A stretch of DNA of 64,000 nucleotides, from the IMG/VR virus record IMGVR_UViG_3300042731_006881, positions 1 to 64,000 of that record; one strand, given 5' to 3'. The notes beneath the pieces are model-generated. The model made no database searches. It worked only from the letters and a program-made list of their open reading frames with translations, and had not been told where the DNA came from. This DNA is from a virus. Below are positions 8,837 through 18,021 of the stretch, piece by piece. Both the position numbers and the translations under genes were made by a program. Numbering within the stretch: the stretch's first letter is position 1; every line of letters starts with the position of its first letter.

Positions 8837-9033
8837 TTCCCGTGCTCCAGTCCCCTTCTGTACCAGTGGGCGTTGATGGGATCGACGGTTCCTCCGCATC
8901 TCATACAGCGGTGTTTCGCGCCAACTGTTTTCGGGTCTGTCGAGACGAACTCGTGCTCCTCACACGAGTCCAGACGCCTTCTGTTTTCACGCACCTCTTC
9001 GATGATGCGTTTGGATTGAGCACGTGTGATCAT
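8833..9033 (-). CDS. small Zn-ribbon-like protein
   Basis: CEEH..CMRC; ATGA overlap with endolysin start. Confidence 0.55.
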   Translation of the reverse strand: MITRAQSKRIIEEVRENRRRLDSCEEHEFVSTDPKTVGAKHRCMRCGGTVDPINAHWYRRGLEHGK

Positions 9034-9038
9034 TTGAC

Positions 9039-9239
9039 CTATCCAGACTTTCTGGCTTTTCGGGCCCGAGCATCCGCAACTGCAACAGGAGTCCTCAAGT
9101 CGTGGATTTCTCTCTCGGCTGCAGACAGCCATGAAGGTTTCCACTTGCGCCCCCTGACCCAATCGACGATATCGGAGATCAGGGGACGAGCAATCTGGCG
9201 CACGAGCGGATTTGTGAGTATGGCAGCGAGCCCCCTCAC
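9039..9239 (-). CDS. small basic/amphipathic protein in lysis cluster
   Basis: GTGA overlap with upstream gene. Confidence 0.55.
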   Translation of the reverse strand: MRGLAAILTNPLVRQIARPLISDIVDWVRGRKWKPSWLSAAEREIHDLRTPVAVADARARKARKSG

Positions 9240-10063
9240 TGAGGGTCTCCAAGCAGCTCTTCCGCTGCATTGAGCGCCGATTGAATCTTGTCTGGGATCT
9301 TCACTCCAGAGGCCTCCAGGAGGCGCACAGAGTCGCTCAGCTTGGTGATGACGCTGCGTAGCTCGTCGAGTACCTCCTCCCCTTCAAGTAGGCGTTCACG
9401 GACCACTACGAGCAACCTGCGGGCCTCGACGAGCACATCTGCGATTCGCTCTGCAGCCGACAACTCCGCCTCTGTTGGCTCGTCGAGCGACTCGATCCAG
9501 TTCGCTGCCACGTTGTCCGAAGCCTCGATTGCTTCGACGGCGAAAGCGTATCCAACCACGGTTGCACGCTCGACGTCAGCCGCGCTATGTGGAGGCTGGC
9601 AGCCAAGTAGCGCAAGGGGCAGCGCAAGGCAGACCAGTCCGATGGAGATCGTCTTCTTCGTGGTGGATCCGATGTTACCGGTACCGTTTCCGAACAGCGC
9701 AATCACGATGTCCTGCGTCAACAGTACTCCGGCCCACGCCGACACGAAGGTCTTCCCTGCGTCAGCCCACGATGCACCAGCAACGAGAGATGCAGCAACC
9801 GTTGTTAGAGCAGCCACAGTCGGGGGGATGACTCGGCGTAGCTTGCTTGGGATCTGTTCCCAAATCTGTGGCTTGAATAGCCTCCATGCGTGGACTCCTA
9901 GCGCAATCGCGATCCCAGTGAACACCGTCCAGTTACCCCATGCTGAGAACAGCGCCTCAACGAGCTCACCAGGTTCCGAGTCGGGGGTCTGTCCAAGCGC
10001 GATCGCCGGCGCACACAACACTGCTAATGCGGCCATAACTGCCGCCAATCTGATTCCAATCAT
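9236..10063 (-). CDS. holin-like multi-pass membrane protein with internal lipobox
   Basis: Signal-like N-terminus, several hydrophobic helices, then KKTISIGLVCLALPLALLG-C and a helical acidic domain; upstream of endolysin. Confidence 0.6.
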   Translation of the reverse strand: MIGIRLAAVMAALAVLCAPAIALGQTPDSEPGELVEALFSAWGNWTVFTGIAIALGVHAWRLFKPQIWEQIPSKLRRVIPPTVAALTTVAASLVAGASWADAGKTFVSAWAGVLLTQDIVIALFGNGTGNIGSTTKKTISIGLVCLALPLALLGCQPPHSAADVERATVVGYAFAVEAIEASDNVAANWIESLDEPTEAELSAAERIADVLVEARRLLVVVRERLLEGEEVLDELRSVITKLSDSVRLLEASGVKIPDKIQSALNAAEELLGDPQ

Positions 10064-10079
10064 TTTACCGTTCCTATCA

Positions 10080-12101
10080 CTATCCGCCGTGCACGACGGC
10101 GCAGTTCCTCGCCATGGCACCGACTCCGTTGAGTCGCGATCGAACGTATGCGGCTTCGGATGGCATCCGCGCAACGATCGACACATTACGCCACTGGTAC
10201 CCCAGCTCTCCTGAATCTATCTCTTCGATTGTTTCTCCGTCATCACCGCACACAACCATCGACAGAGACCCATTTCGTGCCCTTCCTCGTAGCGTAACAG
10301 TAGCGCCTGGAGCCACAGGCACTGGCAGACTATCTGAGCTTGATGATGGTGAAAGCACGTTGTTCCCGCTCACATCAGCGCTAATCCACTCCTCAGAGTA
10401 CACCTGGCGCACCATCTCTACTGCACCGCTACCAACGGTATCTTCTGCTCCTGGCCATCCTGATCCACTGATGGTAGCGCCATAGCTAGAAAGGTCAACG
10501 GTCGGGATCCTGCGTTCGTTTAGTCGCGGATTAAGGTATCCTCCGCTCGCCTCCCATGATGTTGCGGCTTTCAGCGCATCGAAGTCCGAATACGTCGTTC
10601 CGTCAACGTCGAACCGGTCTCCAGATAGACCGAACCCATACGAGTCCGCCTCGTGCCAGTATACGTTCCCGTCACGGTTCTCGTTCGTTGGCGTAGCTCC
10701 AGAGTCTAGTTTGTTCGCAATCGCAGGAGGAGGAGCGACAACAACTATGTTGTTCGCTATCTGGTCTACTCCTGCGATCCCTGTAGTTGCGTCTCGACCC
10801 ATGCGAGCTTGCGACACCACACGAACCGTGTTGTTGTACACCATCCGGCTCCCGATCAACGGATCCCCTGCATGCTCACCAAGCGCGTTGAACCCTACGT
10901 ACCCGCGCGAGTCGCCTCCATCGAATCCACCAAGTGAGTTGCGGCGATAGAACAGGCCAGGTTCCTCAATCCACACAAGATTGTGGTGTATCCACACCCG
11001 CCCGTCTATAGTTGGCGCATCAGGTTGGCCATTTTTCGACACTGACGTTCCTGGCCCCAGGAATATGCAGTGGTTAATCTCAACTCCGACTGAGTTGGTT
11101 CCCAGCTGCACGCAATCGTCCTGGATGCGAGCGAAAACGCATTCGGTGATACTAGCGTCGAACAGACCAGGGTTTGCGTTGACAGCGTCGTGGCATCGAA
11201 CGAAAACGCAACGTTCAACAGTAAGTCCAGATGGACCTAGCGTTCGTATTCCGTGATTTTGTAGCCTAAACCTGGATATGTATGCCTTTACGTCCTGCCA
11301 GGTCACATATGATGGAAGGTAGTAGTTCACATAACACTCTGTTATGGTAGTATTCGGAGCTAGCTCGTACACCTCGAACCCGCCATCCAGGTTCTCCGAG
11401 GACGGGCACAGCACGTTGCAGCGTCTCAGCGTAGTACCTTCAGACCCGTCTCCTATCGGAATTCGTCCCATCTCTACTGTGATTCCATCGAATGTAACGT
11501 CGTTTGCTCCCCATGCGCTTACTACAGGAGGATTTGTCGAGAGCACAATCCTGTCTGGTGAAGACAGGTCAACGTCGTACCATCCCATCTGCTCCGTCGT
11601 GTCGAGTCGCAGATAGATCAATCCTGCTGCTCCGTAGTCTCCAGCCAGGTCGTAGTAAGTCCCCGGACCTATGTACTCCCCTTCTGTATCCAAAGCTGAA
11701 TTGAACGAAGTCCAGTTTTGGTATGGTATAAGCATGTGTCGCTTATGTTCATATTCTACGTATCCGAACGCGCTCACGTCCGTGTCTCCACGATAAGTCG
11801 AGTACGACGCTGTAGACACGTAGATCTTCTTCCCAGCGTCAACTACTGACCATCCCCCAGCTAGCGTTTCCAGCGCTGTCTGCCACGTCGTGAATATGGC
11901 TCCGCCCGTCGGACACCGAATCGTCAAACCGTCCTGTGTGTCCACCGTTACAGCGTTTTCGCGATAGTAACCGTCAGCAAGGATAACCGTGTCCCCCGTC
12001 TCAACCTGCGTGAGAGCGTAGGTTACAGTCATCCACGGATCGCCGCTTGAGCCGTCTCCAGAGTTGTCTGAAGCTAATGGGTCCACGTAGTATGTTGTCA
12101 C
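10080..12101 (-). CDS. tail spike / depolymerase-like right-handed beta-helix protein
   Basis: YYVDP..GDG..DPW.T..AL..GDTVILADGYY N-terminus; repeated ITEC/VERC/INHC/IHHN/VYNN beta-helix turns. Confidence 0.8.
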   Translation of the reverse strand: MTTYYVDPLASDNSGDGSSGDPWMTVTYALTQVETGDTVILADGYYRENAVTVDTQDGLTIRCPTGGAIFTTWQTALETLAGGWSVVDAGKKIYVSTASYSTYRGDTDVSAFGYVEYEHKRHMLIPYQNWTSFNSALDTEGEYIGPGTYYDLAGDYGAAGLIYLRLDTTEQMGWYDVDLSSPDRIVLSTNPPVVSAWGANDVTFDGITVEMGRIPIGDGSEGTTLRRCNVLCPSSENLDGGFEVYELAPNTTITECYVNYYLPSYVTWQDVKAYISRFRLQNHGIRTLGPSGLTVERCVFVRCHDAVNANPGLFDASITECVFARIQDDCVQLGTNSVGVEINHCIFLGPGTSVSKNGQPDAPTIDGRVWIHHNLVWIEEPGLFYRRNSLGGFDGGDSRGYVGFNALGEHAGDPLIGSRMVYNNTVRVVSQARMGRDATTGIAGVDQIANNIVVVAPPPAIANKLDSGATPTNENRDGNVYWHEADSYGFGLSGDRFDVDGTTYSDFDALKAATSWEASGGYLNPRLNERRIPTVDLSSYGATISGSGWPGAEDTVGSGAVEMVRQVYSEEWISADVSGNNVLSPSSSSDSLPVPVAPGATVTLRGRARNGSLSMVVCGDDGETIEEIDSGELGYQWRNVSIVARMPSEAAYVRSRLNGVGAMARNCAVVHGG

Positions 12102-13081
12102 GGTAGTGTAACACCACCTCTGGCTGCCATGTACTTCGTCAGCAGCAGCTGATCAGATGTGCTTAGTGCAGAAGGCACTACAACTACATCTAGGACATCA
12201 GCACCGCACGCGAGTAGATCGCCTCCGTTGTTGTAAGCGTCGTAGTCACCAACTACATAATACCCTCCGTCTATTACGTATGTGACACCTCCTGCGTCGT
12301 AGATAGACAGGTTTTCTCCGTCTAGTAGCCCATAGTTCAGTGTACCGTCACGTCTCTTAACGTACACGTGAGGATTTCCTGTGTCAGGAGTTTGGCCGGC
12401 TGCGTAACACGTCGTGTCGTTTCGTCCACCGAACCACAGCACTGGAGTGTTGTTGCGACCTAATCCGGATGACGACGTGCCAGCTGCTCCTCCTGATCCA
12501 ATCCCAGCCAGGCCCCTGTAACCGGTATTCGACCCCCACTGAGCTAGCACAGCAATCGTGTGACTAAAGTCTCCAGTGCGAGCGTTTACTGGTCCCAGAA
12601 GCGCCTGTCCACCGTCCGTGAAACGGACAGCCTGATGCCCGTTGATCGTTCCGTCAAGCGTCGGCGCAGTACCAGTTCCTCCCGGCGCGAAATCACCACT
12701 CACAGTTCCGTAGTTAGGCACAGATGACACTGAGCTAGCAGCATCCGCTACCATCCAAATGTCAGGTTTCGTATTGAGCAGCAACGGTGACCAGACTGAT
12801 GAGGCAGCAAATACAACATTGCTTCCTGCAACAAGACGCACCGTCGAAGCGGACGCCACCATTGCATGATTTGGAGTGAACGATGCTGATTGCGAGCTTC
12901 CTGTTCCAACCCCAGTGTCAGCTGTTTCCCCATTGATAGTAAGTTCCCATGATACACCTGAAGCAACTGTAATGTCGATTGTTCCTGACACTCCGTACCA
13001 GTATTGTGTGTCCACAGTATCGAACTGGCACAGCGTTCGTGGTGGGCGTGGAAAGAATCCAAAACCTAGGCCAAATTTCAT
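12098..13081 (-). CDS. LamG/ConA-like lectin-domain virion protein
   Basis: W..AD..V..PT....NG..AVRF..ALSTSDQ....YMAAR pattern of phage lectin-like tail proteins. Confidence 0.65.
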   Translation of the reverse strand: MKFGLGFGFFPRPPRTLCQFDTVDTQYWYGVSGTIDITVASGVSWELTINGETADTGVGTGSSQSASFTPNHAMVASASTVRLVAGSNVVFAASSVWSPLLLNTKPDIWMVADAASSVSSVPNYGTVSGDFAPGGTGTAPTLDGTINGHQAVRFTDGGQALLGPVNARTGDFSHTIAVLAQWGSNTGYRGLAGIGSGGAAGTSSSGLGRNNTPVLWFGGRNDTTCYAAGQTPDTGNPHVYVKRRDGTLNYGLLDGENLSIYDAGGVTYVIDGGYYVVGDYDAYNNGGDLLACGADVLDVVVVPSALSTSDQLLLTKYMAARGGVTLP

Positions 13082-14445
13082 GACACGTCCTCAGCAATCT
13101 CCCAGTACGAAATCACACGCGCTACTCTGGCCTGCGTTGCATGGTCAACTAGACTGACATAGATCGTGTCTGCAGTATCAGATGCGTCTACCTGATAGTA
13201 GTAACCGCTAGCGTCACCCTCAATACTCGACAGTTGTGCGGTTGCTCCGCTATCATTCACGCCATCCCTAGTGCTGATTCGTATCGACCCTGATGAGCGT
13301 CTGCAGCTGATCTCAATCACGTCACGGAATGAATCAGAACCGTCTGAGTCCTCGACATAAATCACGAAAAATGCAGTATTTGCTTCGTCGTCTTCTACGA
13401 GTCCGCTGAGCACAAGCGTGTTCGCTGCTCCGTCCATTTTAAGCTGAACGTTTCCAGAACCAGTACCTGGAAGAGCGGTGACTTCCCCTCGTACACCCTC
13501 AGTTATTCTTCGGTACGTCACTGTTCCAGCACCGGTGAACGAAGCCCCCCTTTCCATACGACCTGAAACGGTTACGTTTCCAGATATAGAATATGTTCCG
13601 TTCTCGTACACCGTAACAGCCCCAGCCAGGTTTGCCGAGGCTTCCGCCGCCAGGATAGCTGTCCTCCAATCTCCATCGATATCACCCCACCACTGCGGAT
13701 AGACGAACGGCTCACCATAGACGAACACTGCCCCACCCAATGACGAGTCAAAAACATGTACTGAGGAAGGCGCGCTAAGGTGACCGTTCAATGTAACAGA
13801 CACTCCAGAAGCCGGGCGAAGTCTCCCCCCATGCCACACAAAATCAACCGACGTTGCGATCGTAGCCTCAACATCGTGCGTACCCGGAGTGATGTAGATA
13901 GGTAGACCATTCGCTGCTGCGTATGACTCAGCTTCGGCGAACGTTGCGTAGTGATTTGGGTCCACGAAGCGTGTTGTCCCAAAACCAAAGTCCGCGATGT
14001 GTCTTAATGACTTCCTAATCGATCCCCAAATCCCATATACATTATCGAACTGGTCAGTTTCGAAAGGAGCCACATCCTCAATGGGTCCAGCCAGCTGCAG
14101 CACCAGCGACTCATCTCGCGTCTTGTCCAGGTCGATAGCGCTACCAGACAGCCCGTTGTTCACAGTGCAGCGGACCAGGTACTTCCCCCATGGGGCTCCA
14201 GTGAAGTCGACCGACGGCGGGACAAGCCCAGTGCTCGCATTACCTTGCCACCAGATGCGGCCCTGTCCAGCAGTCCAACCGGATGGGGTATCGAACTCAT
14301 CTGGCTGGGAATAGATCTCCCAGGAAATGACCCCAACGCCAATGTAGCTCGACAGGCCAAACTGGACGGAATCACCACTATCTAGCGTGATTGCTCCGCT
14401 CTGAGGGGCGCCACCATTTACGGCTGCTGTTGCGTGGATTGGCAT
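13078..14445 (-). CDS. tail fibre/spike protein
   Basis: Central LPIYITPGTH..VYPQWWG pattern seen at tailspike N-termini; position after baseplate genes. Confidence 0.65.
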   Translation of the reverse strand: MPIHATAAVNGGAPQSGAITLDSGDSVQFGLSSYIGVGVISWEIYSQPDEFDTPSGWTAGQGRIWWQGNASTGLVPPSVDFTGAPWGKYLVRCTVNNGLSGSAIDLDKTRDESLVLQLAGPIEDVAPFETDQFDNVYGIWGSIRKSLRHIADFGFGTTRFVDPNHYATFAEAESYAAANGLPIYITPGTHDVEATIATSVDFVWHGGRLRPASGVSVTLNGHLSAPSSVHVFDSSLGGAVFVYGEPFVYPQWWGDIDGDWRTAILAAEASANLAGAVTVYENGTYSISGNVTVSGRMERGASFTGAGTVTYRRITEGVRGEVTALPGTGSGNVQLKMDGAANTLVLSGLVEDDEANTAFFVIYVEDSDGSDSFRDVIEISCRRSSGSIRISTRDGVNDSGATAQLSSIEGDASGYYYQVDASDTADTIYVSLVDHATQARVARVISYWEIAEDVS

Positions 14446-14575
14446 GTGGACTTTCCTGAAGGGGACTCACGCAAACCGAGTGGGACTACTACTTTCCGAG
14501 AAGTAGCGTCTTTTGCGTATGTGTGCGTCTCGCGCATATGCACATACTGAAGTGTATGAAACATCAATAATCGCC

Positions 14576-14604
14576 TTGCATCATCCGTAACAATGGTGCA
14601 TACC
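14576..14604 (+). promoter_or_regulatory. sigma70-like promoter with inverted-repeat operator
   Basis: TTGCAT-N17-CATACC; inverted repeat TGCATCAT-N8-ATGGTGCA (14577..14600). Confidence 0.55.
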
Positions 14605-14645
14605 TACACCTGTCAGCAGGGACGAGATACAGGAGATAAGGAATC

Positions 14646-14816
14646 ATGACCAAATCAACCGAGACCTTCCGCCGAGACGCCGACAGCATCACCGCCCACT
14701 ACGTGGACGAGGAAACCGTCCGCATTACCAACTCGCTTGGGCATGACTTCTTCGTCGATACCGACGACTGGCTGACACGACGAGCAGCCCTCATCGCCAG
14801 CGGTGAGTGGAAGTGA
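14646..14816 (+). CDS. small protein (56 aa, not in ORF track), paralog of 6749..6919
   Basis: AGGAG/AAGGA RBS; MTKSTETFRRDADSITAHYVDEETVRITNSLGHDFFVDTDDWLTRRAALIASGEWK*. Confidence 0.75.
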   Translation: MTKSTETFRRDADSITAHYVDEETVRITNSLGHDFFVDTDDWLTRRAALIASGEWK

Positions 14817-14822
14817 GTCAAC

Positions 14823-14843
14823 AGGGCCCCTTCGGGGGCCCTT
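14823..14843 (+). terminator. stable UUCG-loop hairpin
   Basis: AGGGCCCC-TTCG-GGGGCCCT just after the 56-aa gene; U-tail is short. Confidence 0.5.
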
Positions 14844-14863
14844 CAACAATTTGAGGGTACCAA

Positions 14864-15043
14864 ATGGCAGACCACACCACCATGGCCAGAATCACCAGCA
14901 AGCAGGTCGAGAAGGCCGATGCTCTCGCGATCCAACTTCGCGCCAAAAGCTTCGGCGCGAACGTATCTCGCTCTCACGTAATCCGGCTCGCGATTGACGA
15001 GGGTCTGGCGGTTCTGGCGAAGAAGCTTGAGGAGGTCAGGTGA
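14864..15043 (+). CDS. ribbon-helix-helix DNA-binding protein (59 aa, not in ORF track)
   Basis: GAGGG RBS; MADHTTMARITSKQVEKADALA..VSRSHVIRLAIDEGL fits the RHH/CopG pattern. Confidence 0.7.
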   Translation: MADHTTMARITSKQVEKADALAIQLRAKSFGANVSRSHVIRLAIDEGLAVLAKKLEEVR

Positions 15044-15750
15044 ACACTATCGCGAGGATACTGGCCATAGGCCTGGCTTTGGTTTTGTTCGGGTGTGGGT
15101 CGGAATCTGCAGACCCGACCCAAGCAGTTGCTGGGGCCGATCAGGGAGGCCGCGCTGGAGAATCTCCGGCCAACGTGGATAGTGGTGCTGGTGGCGTCGG
15201 TGGATCCACCGTATGCCCTGCCGGATCGGAGACATGTCCCTGCTACGGCAACGATACCTGCGATGCTGGGCTCTCCTGCTACTCTGGGGTCTGCGTCTTC
15301 GTCCCGTCGTCGGGGGGAGCTGGCGGCGGAGCCCAGGAAGCTGGCGGGGCCGCTGGGGATGAGCCGGCGGCGATTGCGGGTGGCGCTGGTGGCGCTAAGC
15401 ATCAGGAGTGCGTCCCTGGGTGCATTGGTGACGAGGAATGCTTCAAAGGGGAGTGCGTTGCACCTGAGGTGCCATGCACGTTGGAAACGGCTCAGCACAT
15501 CCTGACCACCCTGCGGTATGAAGTTCGTGGGAACGCATGCCTGAAGGTGGTAAACAACACCAATCTTGATGCGTGCTTCTCCAGCTCGGTTGAGATCCAG
15601 GCATCGTACCGAAACACGTGCGATGTATCAGGATCATTTGTAGCCGTGGATACCCCAGCAGATCCGCAGGTCCCGGCCTGCGAGGAAACTGTGATCCAGT
15701 TACTCGGAGAGCGCGACACCACCACATCAGTGCGTTGGGCGTTCAACTGA
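15040..15750 (+). CDS. Cys-rich lipoprotein of myxobacterial style
   Basis: GAGGAGG RBS; lipobox LVLFG-C; G/A-rich linkers; CPAGSETCPCYGNDTCDAGLSCYSGVC module. Confidence 0.75.
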   Translation: MNTIARILAIGLALVLFGCGSESADPTQAVAGADQGGRAGESPANVDSGAGGVGGSTVCPAGSETCPCYGNDTCDAGLSCYSGVCVFVPSSGGAGGGAQEAGGAAGDEPAAIAGGAGGAKHQECVPGCIGDEECFKGECVAPEVPCTLETAQHILTTLRYEVRGNACLKVVNNTNLDACFSSSVEIQASYRNTCDVSGSFVAVDTPADPQVPACEETVIQLLGERDTTTSVRWAFN

Positions 15751-16573
15751 CTGGGTGATAGTACCCAAACGCAACCCACGGCCCCCCGTCGTTAATACAC
15801 CAGAACATGACGGAGCTGTTCTTCCCTGGGGTTCCAGCTTGGATCTGGTACGTATCAGATCCAGAAACGACATCAATGTAGTACGACGATGATCGAGCTA
15901 TGAACACAACAACCTCGCCTGCTCTACTACCTGTTGAGTCCAGTGTGATGACCCTGTTCGCAGTCTGATATAACGAGTAGACAGTTCCACCCTTGGGGGT
16001 GATCGTCTGGTTCGCGTCCGTTAGCGAATATTTGCTCATGATGAACTGACTGCCAGTCATGAGCTTCAGTACGCCTTCGACCTGCACCTCTCCAGAGTGG
16101 GTCTCGGTACCAGAGTGGGTCTCGGTACCAGAGTGCGTTTCGGTACCAGAGTGCGTTTCGGTACTTGTGAATGATGGAGAGCCAGAGAAAGCAGGGTCAC
16201 CCGTGAACGCCGGGTCCCCGGTAAAACCAGGGTCACCGGTAAATGTCGGGGTACCTTGAATGTCCCCAGACATTCCTGCAGAAAAGCTAAAATGCAGGTC
16301 CCCTCCGGCTATCGTAATCGTAGCGTGGTCCACAGTCAGATCGCCACCAATTGCCACAGTCAACTCTCCGTTGACAACTAGATCTGCGCCGTCCGCGATA
16401 CTAATTCCAGCGCCACCGATAACGATTGCGGACGAAGGATCCCACCTTCCACCAGCATCGCCATTGATGGCTGCAAACTGAGCCGCGTCAAGCGCCTCGA
16501 ACTCGCTTGGCTCAACTGGGATTGGTACCCCCCAGGCGGCAAGGTCGGCTCGGATTCTGCTGTTGTGTGACAT
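15743..16573 (-). CDS. tail fibre protein with hexapeptide repeats
   Basis: Directly after gp48-like gene; F(T/S)G(D/S)P repeats then (S/G)TETH repeats. Confidence 0.7.
   Translation of the reverse strand: MSHNSRIRADLAAWGVPIPVEPSEFEALDAAQFAAINGDAGGRWDPSSAIVIGGAGISIADGADLVVNGELTVAIGGDLTVDHATITIAGGDLHFSFSAGMSGDIQGTPTFTGDPGFTGDPAFTGDPAFSGSPSFTSTETHSGTETHSGTETHSGTETHSGEVQVEGVLKLMTGSQFIMSKYSLTDANQTITPKGGTVYSLYQTANRVITLDSTGSRAGEVVVFIARSSSYYIDVVSGSDTYQIQAGTPGKNSSVMFWCINDGGPWVAFGYYHPVS
16092..16163 (-). repeat. 18-bp tandem repeat x4 (TETHSG)
   Basis: CCAGAGTGGGTCTCGGTA x2 then CCAGAGTGCGTTTCGGTA x2. Confidence 0.9.
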
Positions 16574-16577
16574 GCTG

Positions 16578-17522
16578 TTACGGTGTTGATGTTGTTGTTT
16601 CGGTTAGCGGCGTTACCCCAGGTATCCCGCTTCCAGGAACGAACGGTCCCAGCGTTCCTGGCGATGCTTCAGCGACGAGCGACCAACGCTCGGTAGATTT
16701 GAGAATCTTCTTCAGCAGCTTCGCTACTGCTCTCCTCCATCTTGCCGAGACCGCTGTATCGGAGTCCACCACGATCAGCAGATGACGCGCTGTAGATGTG
16801 ACACGCGGCCAAGGCTTCGTGCTGATGAGCGCTCCGGCTTCGTGAGGTCTGGCGAAGGTTGCAAACAGCTGCCCGATGGTGTCTGCAGTAACAATCCGCT
16901 CTTCGATCCCGAGCTTTCCTGGATCTATGATGGCCTCCTCTCCGCCAATGATCGGGTCCCCATCGATGAGTGTGAGGCTGAACGGACTCGTGCCTGAACC
17001 AACTGTGGTTGCGAGTCTGTGTGTCTTTCCGATCGAGCCAGCTGGTTTCCAGAGTCCAGGTCCAATGGTATCCCAGTCGGAAGGGCTTGCTACCGCCTCG
17101 CCTTCTCCGAAGTGGCGGATGGCGATCAGTCGGTCCCCAAGCAATGCCTCAAGCGCAGCATTGACAACTGATGCTGAGTTCCCTTGCGCGATTAGCTCTG
17201 CTTCTGCGAGTGCAGCACGCCTCTCCGCCAGTGTCGCCATGGTAGGAGGTGTGATCCAATAGTCCTTCTCGTGGTCAGCGATGAGCTCTGTAGAGGTGGA
17301 CGGTCGCGCCTCTGCGTTCACGTGGTCAATGCTCCGCTGGGCGGCTCCGATCACCATGGATGTGGCGAAAAGCTTCGCTGCCAGTGGTCCATCGAACGAG
17401 TCATCACCCAATACCGCATTCCCACCGAGCCCCTCGCGCAGACCCTCATAGATAGTCTGGGAGATGGGTGGGCGAGAAGAGAAACGAAGAAACCCGAATC
17501 TGGAAAACGCTGAGAAGCGCAT
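16578..17522 (-). CDS. baseplate wedge protein (Mu gp48/YmfQ-like)
   Basis: EARPSTSTELIADHEKDY..TLAERRAAL motif; downstream of baseplate J. Confidence 0.7.
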   Translation of the reverse strand: MRFSAFSRFGFLRFSSRPPISQTIYEGLREGLGGNAVLGDDSFDGPLAAKLFATSMVIGAAQRSIDHVNAEARPSTSTELIADHEKDYWITPPTMATLAERRAALAEAELIAQGNSASVVNAALEALLGDRLIAIRHFGEGEAVASPSDWDTIGPGLWKPAGSIGKTHRLATTVGSGTSPFSLTLIDGDPIIGGEEAIIDPGKLGIEERIVTADTIGQLFATFARPHEAGALISTKPWPRVTSTARHLLIVVDSDTAVSARWRRAVAKLLKKILKSTERWSLVAEASPGTLGPFVPGSGIPGVTPLTETTTSTP

Positions 17523-18019
17523 CAGTACACCAGGACCGTGACTCGACCGTCTACACCAGACCCTCCGCCATTCGTAACAACACGAATAGTGCGGGTAGCC
17601 TCGTTCAACGTGACACCAACAGAGTCAACGGTTGTCGGGGCATTGTTGAATGCAGCAGGATCTAGCACTGCAGGGGGCAACTTCCCTTCTGGGTACACGA
17701 CACTCGTGTCGCCTGACCCGTTATCCGTGAGCGTCAAGCTGCTCATGGAAACCGTTCTGTTCGCGCAGTAGAAACGCGCGATGTACGGGTCCCCGGAGTT
17801 GAAATCGAGCGTGAAGGCGAGCACAGGAGAGATGCCAGCTACCGCCGCCAGCACCCTGTCTATCTCGTTCTGCTGCTCTGCACACGGAGCGTCATCGTCC
17901 GGAGGATACGCAGTGTCGTTCTCGAACGATTCACCCCCAAGGTCATCGACACTGGGCCGATGAGGGGCAATTCCGCCGTCTTCGTTTCCCTCGAAGCTGA
18001 AGTAGTCAATCGCTACCAT
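17522..18019 (-). CDS. hypothetical baseplate-region protein
   Basis: Coupled ORF between baseplate J and gp48-like gene. Confidence 0.6.
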   Translation of the reverse strand: MVAIDYFSFEGNEDGGIAPHRPSVDDLGGESFENDTAYPPDDDAPCAEQQNEIDRVLAAVAGISPVLAFTLDFNSGDPYIARFYCANRTVSMSSLTLTDNGSGDTSVVYPEGKLPPAVLDPAAFNNAPTTVDSVGVTLNEATRTIRVVTNGGGSGVDGRVTVLVY

Positions 18020-18021
18020 TT

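Noticed and set aside
10080-16573. Diversity-generating retroelement targeting tail fibres
   Set aside because: No reverse transcriptase and no template/variable repeat pair seen in the window.
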